Source: a bacterium
GTDB lineage: Bacteria; Patescibacteriota; Saccharimonadia; Saccharimonadales; AWTP1-31
Assembly (NCBI GenBank): GCA_030426125.1
Contig: JAUHZB010000002.1
Span: forward strand, 67,633 to 131,632
DNA: 64,000 nt
Direction of reading: 5' to 3'
Position 1 is the first letter of the stretch, and every line of letters begins with the position of its first letter. The notes below the pieces were generated by a model that was given only the letters and a program-made list of their open reading frames with translations, did no database searches and was not told the DNA's origin. The position numbers and the translations under genes were made by a program. Of the stretch, positions 60,771 through 64,000 are shown piece after piece.

Positions 60771-63764
60771 ATGAAGTCATCAAAGTCTAACAATAAACGA
60801 AGAAGCCCACGCAAGAGTAAAAACACTCACGTAACCCGTAGCGGTAAGAGCCTGAAGATCAATCAAAGCATTGGTCAGAAGCTTAAATCTCGCAAGAATG
60901 CTAAAGCCTCGCGTAAAGCAGAACGCTTAGCTGGACTACCCAAAGGCAGAGTTAAACGATTCTTTTATCACTTCCAGCCAAAGCGAATGTATAAATACTG
61001 GTTTAGCCGTGACGGCGCTATTATGGCCCTTAAAATTACCGGCGTTGGTTTAGCTGTAGCCTTCCTATTATTGTTGGGCTTATTTGCTTATTTTAGAAAA
61101 GATCTTCCTAACCTGCGCGATATCTCCGGAAACAACTTTGGTGGAAGCGTCCGTTATTATGACCGTACTGGTGAGACGCTACTGTGGGAAGACTATGATG
61201 CTATAAAAAGAATCCCGGTAGAGGATGAAAAGATTAGCCAGTACATGAAAGATGCAACCGTGGCTATCGAGGATAAGGACTTTTTCAAGCACGGCGGTTT
61301 TGACCTAAGAGGAATCCTTAGGGCTGGAGTTAACAATGCTGTTGGTAGCAGTAGTACTCAAGGTGGTTCTACTATCACTCAGCAATTAGTGAAATTAACT
61401 CAGAATTGGACCAAAGATAGGAGCTATACTCGAAAAGCTAAAGAGTTAATATTATCGGTTGAGCTAGAGCGAACATATTCTAAAGACGAGATATTAGCGG
61501 GATATCTAAACACTGCTCCTTACGGAAATGTCCAGTATGGTGTTGAAGCAGCCACTCGAGATTACTTCCAGAAGTCAGCCAAAGATTTAACTATCGCTGA
61601 AGCAGCATTCCTAGCCGCTATTCCAAAGTCCCCATCATTCTATTCTCCTTACGGTGCCTACTATAAAGCTAATCAGAAAGAGTCCCGTGAAGCTCTGATT
61701 GGACGTCAACACTATGTACTTGATCTAATGGCCGAGCAAGGCATGATAACCAACGAAGAGCGCGATAAAGCCAAAAAAGTTGAAATACTAGCCAAAGTTA
61801 AAGAACCGCAAGCTAAGTACGCAGGCATAAAAGCACCATGGTTTGTTCTGGCCGCCAAAAAACAGCTTGAACTGGAGAGAGGCGTTGATTCAGTTAAGGT
61901 GGGTGGATGGACAGTAACCACTACTCTAGATCTGGAGAAACAAAAGTTGGCTGAAGAACAAGTAGCCAATGGCCTACCTCAGATCCTGGCACAAGGTGGA
62001 GATACTGCAGCCTTCGCAGCCGAAGATGTTACAACTGGTCAGATGGTTGCCCTCGTCGGTGGAGTGGATTTTAAAAACAAAGAATTCGGTCAGTTTAATT
62101 ACGCCAACCGACCGCTTCCTCCAGGTTCTAGCTTCAAACCTTATGACTATGTTTCCCTAATTGAACATAGCGATAATGTTGGCGCTGGCTCAGTGCTATA
62201 TGACACCCAGGGTCCAATAACCGGCTGGCCTTGTACTAATAAAGCTAACCCGGAGCAAGGCGGTAACTGTCTATGGAATTATGATTTCCGCTATCCTGGA
62301 CCAATGACGCTGCGTTATGCGCTTGGTGGTTCACGTAACGTGCCAGCTGTTAAGGCAATGTTGGCAACTGGTATAGATAAGACTATCGCTACTGCTGAAA
62401 AACTAGGTCTAAAGAGTGGCTATAAATGTTATGAAGATGAAGCTAATACTGTAGAAGGTCCTTGCTATGGTTCCTCAGCTATTGGAGATGGAGCATTTCT
62501 TAATCTAGACGAGCACGTGCATGGATACAGTAGTTTAGCTAGAAATGGTCTGAATATTCCACAAACATATATTCTAAAGATCACAAACTCTTCCAATAAA
62601 GTAATCTCTGAGTGGAAGCCAAGCAAAGGTACTCAGGCTGTCCGACCAGATTCAGCATATATAGTTTCAGACATGTTAAAAGATCCAAATGCTAGCTACT
62701 TCCCTGCAGGCCGTAAGCCACATCGCTATAACGGGTGGAAATTTGCAATGAAGACTGGAACAACTAACGACGGTAAAGACGGATGGATGATGGGCTTCTC
62801 AGCTAAGTATGCAGCTGGTGTCTGGGTCGGGTACCACACTAGGGAGCGAGTCATGAGTGGAACTATGGAGGCTATGACCCAACCAATTTGGCAGGGATGG
62901 ATGAACGGTGCTCACGATGGTGAGAAAGTCATAGAACAACCAAAACCAGAAGGCGTGAAGACTGCTCCAGCCTATATCGTACGTAGTCATGTAGGAATTG
63001 GTTCAGTTGAGCCTAGTCCTTCAACCGATCTTGTACCTTCATGGTATAAAGCTCCGAATCGATCTTCAGAGAATCAAGTGATCGATAAGGTATCCAAGAA
63101 AATTGCTACCGAGTGTACTCCTGAACGAGCTAAAGACAAGGTCACTGGTGGTTCGGCCAATCAGTTCTCAGTAGATCCTTTCGTCGGTGGCGGAGGTGGT
63201 GGTAATAACAGCGACAAGGACGATGTTCATAAATGTGATGATGCTAAGCCTAAAGTCTCGCTAAATATAACAACTACTAGTAATGGCTATAATCTATCGG
63301 TTAATGTAACTCAAGGTACTCACCCGATATCTAGCGATAAGTTCAAAGGCACCATTAACTACATCCTTAACGGTGAAACTATTAAGAGCTTTACCATAGA
63401 TGGACCTGGCAATAACCAAGCGAGATTTAGCTATAAGCCGGCTTATAGTGGTTCGCGAAAGATATACGCCGAAGTAATCGATAGCGTGCTCTACGACTCA
63501 ACTTCACAGCAAGGCTCATTGTCCGGTTCTTCCAATAACTCCAATTCCTCAAATCTATCAGTATCAGCTAGTAGCTTAGGTGGCAATAACTATAAGTTTA
63601 CCTGGACTGGAGCCTCTGGATCAGTCACGATTTATCGCTCAGATAATGATGATGAGATTTGTAGCGGTTCGGGAGCATCTGGAAGTTGTACCGATGCAGT
63701 CATGTCCTATAGTGGCGCTTACGCAAAAGACGACGACAAGACTGTTACAGTATCTGGTCCGTAA
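60771..63764 (+). CDS. class A penicillin-binding protein (PBP1A-type glycosyltransferase/transpeptidase) with ~190-aa C-terminal extension
   Basis: 997 aa. Basic cytoplasmic tail plus TM. GT51 motifs EDKDFFKHGGFD and GGSTITQQL. Transpeptidase motifs SSFKP (SxxK), SRN (SxN), KTGTT (KTG). Confidence 0.92.
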   Translation: MKSSKSNNKRRSPRKSKNTHVTRSGKSLKINQSIGQKLKSRKNAKASRKAERLAGLPKGRVKRFFYHFQPKRMYKYWFSRDGAIMALKITGVGLAVAFLLLLGLFAYFRKDLPNLRDISGNNFGGSVRYYDRTGETLLWEDYDAIKRIPVEDEKISQYMKDATVAIEDKDFFKHGGFDLRGILRAGVNNAVGSSSTQGGSTITQQLVKLTQNWTKDRSYTRKAKELILSVELERTYSKDEILAGYLNTAPYGNVQYGVEAATRDYFQKSAKDLTIAEAAFLAAIPKSPSFYSPYGAYYKANQKESREALIGRQHYVLDLMAEQGMITNEERDKAKKVEILAKVKEPQAKYAGIKAPWFVLAAKKQLELERGVDSVKVGGWTVTTTLDLEKQKLAEEQVANGLPQILAQGGDTAAFAAEDVTTGQMVALVGGVDFKNKEFGQFNYANRPLPPGSSFKPYDYVSLIEHSDNVGAGSVLYDTQGPITGWPCTNKANPEQGGNCLWNYDFRYPGPMTLRYALGGSRNVPAVKAMLATGIDKTIATAEKLGLKSGYKCYEDEANTVEGPCYGSSAIGDGAFLNLDEHVHGYSSLARNGLNIPQTYILKITNSSNKVISEWKPSKGTQAVRPDSAYIVSDMLKDPNASYFPAGRKPHRYNGWKFAMKTGTTNDGKDGWMMGFSAKYAAGVWVGYHTRERVMSGTMEAMTQPIWQGWMNGAHDGEKVIEQPKPEGVKTAPAYIVRSHVGIGSVEPSPSTDLVPSWYKAPNRSSENQVIDKVSKKIATECTPERAKDKVTGGSANQFSVDPFVGGGGGGNNSDKDDVHKCDDAKPKVSLNITTTSNGYNLSVNVTQGTHPISSDKFKGTINYILNGETIKSFTIDGPGNNQARFSYKPAYSGSRKIYAEVIDSVLYDSTSQQGSLSGSSNNSNSSNLSVSASSLGGNNYKFTWTGASGSVTIYRSDNDDEICSGSGASGSCTDAVMSYSGAYAKDDDKTVTVSGP

Positions 63765-63788
63765 TAGATAAGATAACAATCGTAGTCT

Positions 63789-64000
63789 TTAGTTAGATAA
63801 AAACTGATTTAAAGCATCACGAACGTTTTTGACGGAGTGAAGTCCAGCTGGTTTGCGTCCGCTTCGAACAATTGGACCTATGCCCCCGTCGAAGCCCAGC
63901 TTCTTAGCTTCCTTTAGCCGCTTGTCGATGTGGGGTACATGACGCACTTCCCCGCTTAGTCCGAGCTCACCGAAGACTACAGCATTCTTTTTCAGTTGCA
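63789..64000 (-). CDS. radA: DNA repair protein RadA/Sms, C-terminal fragment (5' part beyond window end)
   Basis: Not in the ORF track (runs off the window). The minus-strand frame ends ..VVFGELGLSGEVRHVPHIDKRLKEAKKLGFDGGIGP...NQFLSN* (TAA 63789-63791), a Lon-like RadA C-terminal domain. Confidence 0.75.
   Translation of the reverse strand, partial: QLKKNAVVFGELGLSGEVRHVPHIDKRLKEAKKLGFDGGIGPIVRSGRKPAGLHSVKNVRDALNQFLSN

Overview
This 64-kb chromosomal segment is coded almost entirely on the minus strand. It looks like a small-genome bacterium of the Candidate Phyla Radiation (Patescibacteria), possibly Saccharibacteria-like, but that lineage call is inference only. The supporting signs are: no rpmD between rpsE and rplO, no adk/map between secY and infA, many ribosomal proteins with Lys/Ala-rich tails, and the standard genetic code (TGA is used as a stop).

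Gene order, read 5'->3' on the minus strand:
- 51.2 kb to 22.6 kb: rpoB-rpoC-rpsL-rpsG-[98-aa ORFan]-fusA-tuf-[43-aa and 153-aa ORFans]-rpsJ-[104-aa membrane ORFan]-rplC-D-W-B-rpsS-rplV-rpsC-rplP-rpmC-rpsQ-rplN-X-E-rpsN-H-rplF-R-rpsE-rplO-secY-infA-rpmJ-rpsM-K-D-rpoA-rplQ-rplM-rpsI.
- Then: class II DAHP synthase, trpS, a RluA-family synthase, holB-like, a TPR protein, tRNA-Thr(TGT)/tRNA-Tyr, 2 ORFans, tRNA-Thr(GGT), rpmG, an HExxH lipoprotein, a LysM-Rpf protein, tRNA-Trp (plus strand), a P-loop kinase, a DUF45 peptidase.
- Then: secE-nusG-rplK-rplA, dcd, a tmk::thyX fusion, 2 ORFans, ridA-ilvA, rplJ-rplL, an ORFan, dnaX.
- Right flank: clpP (+), tig, hisS, tRNA-Leu, rsmD, an ORFan, recG, a methyltransferase, tyrS, PBP1A (+), radA.

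No rRNA, CRISPR array, transposase or integrase was seen.

The most interesting signal is three unannotated structures that look like ribosome-mediated transcription attenuators. Each has a promoter, a Shine-Dalgarno-less (apparently leaderless) leader peptide rich in the relevant codons, and mutually exclusive antiterminator and terminator hairpins.
- A Tyr-Trp-Phe leader lies upstream of the DAHP synthase.
- An Ile-rich leader lies upstream of ridA-ilvA.
- A Leu/Ile/Val-rich leader lies upstream of two ORFan small proteins.

These sit within a window-wide pattern: the first gene of a transcription unit starts 6-8 nt after a -10 box, while internal genes carry GGAG-type Shine-Dalgarno sites.

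All structures were read by eye. No free energies, GC values or database searches were computed.
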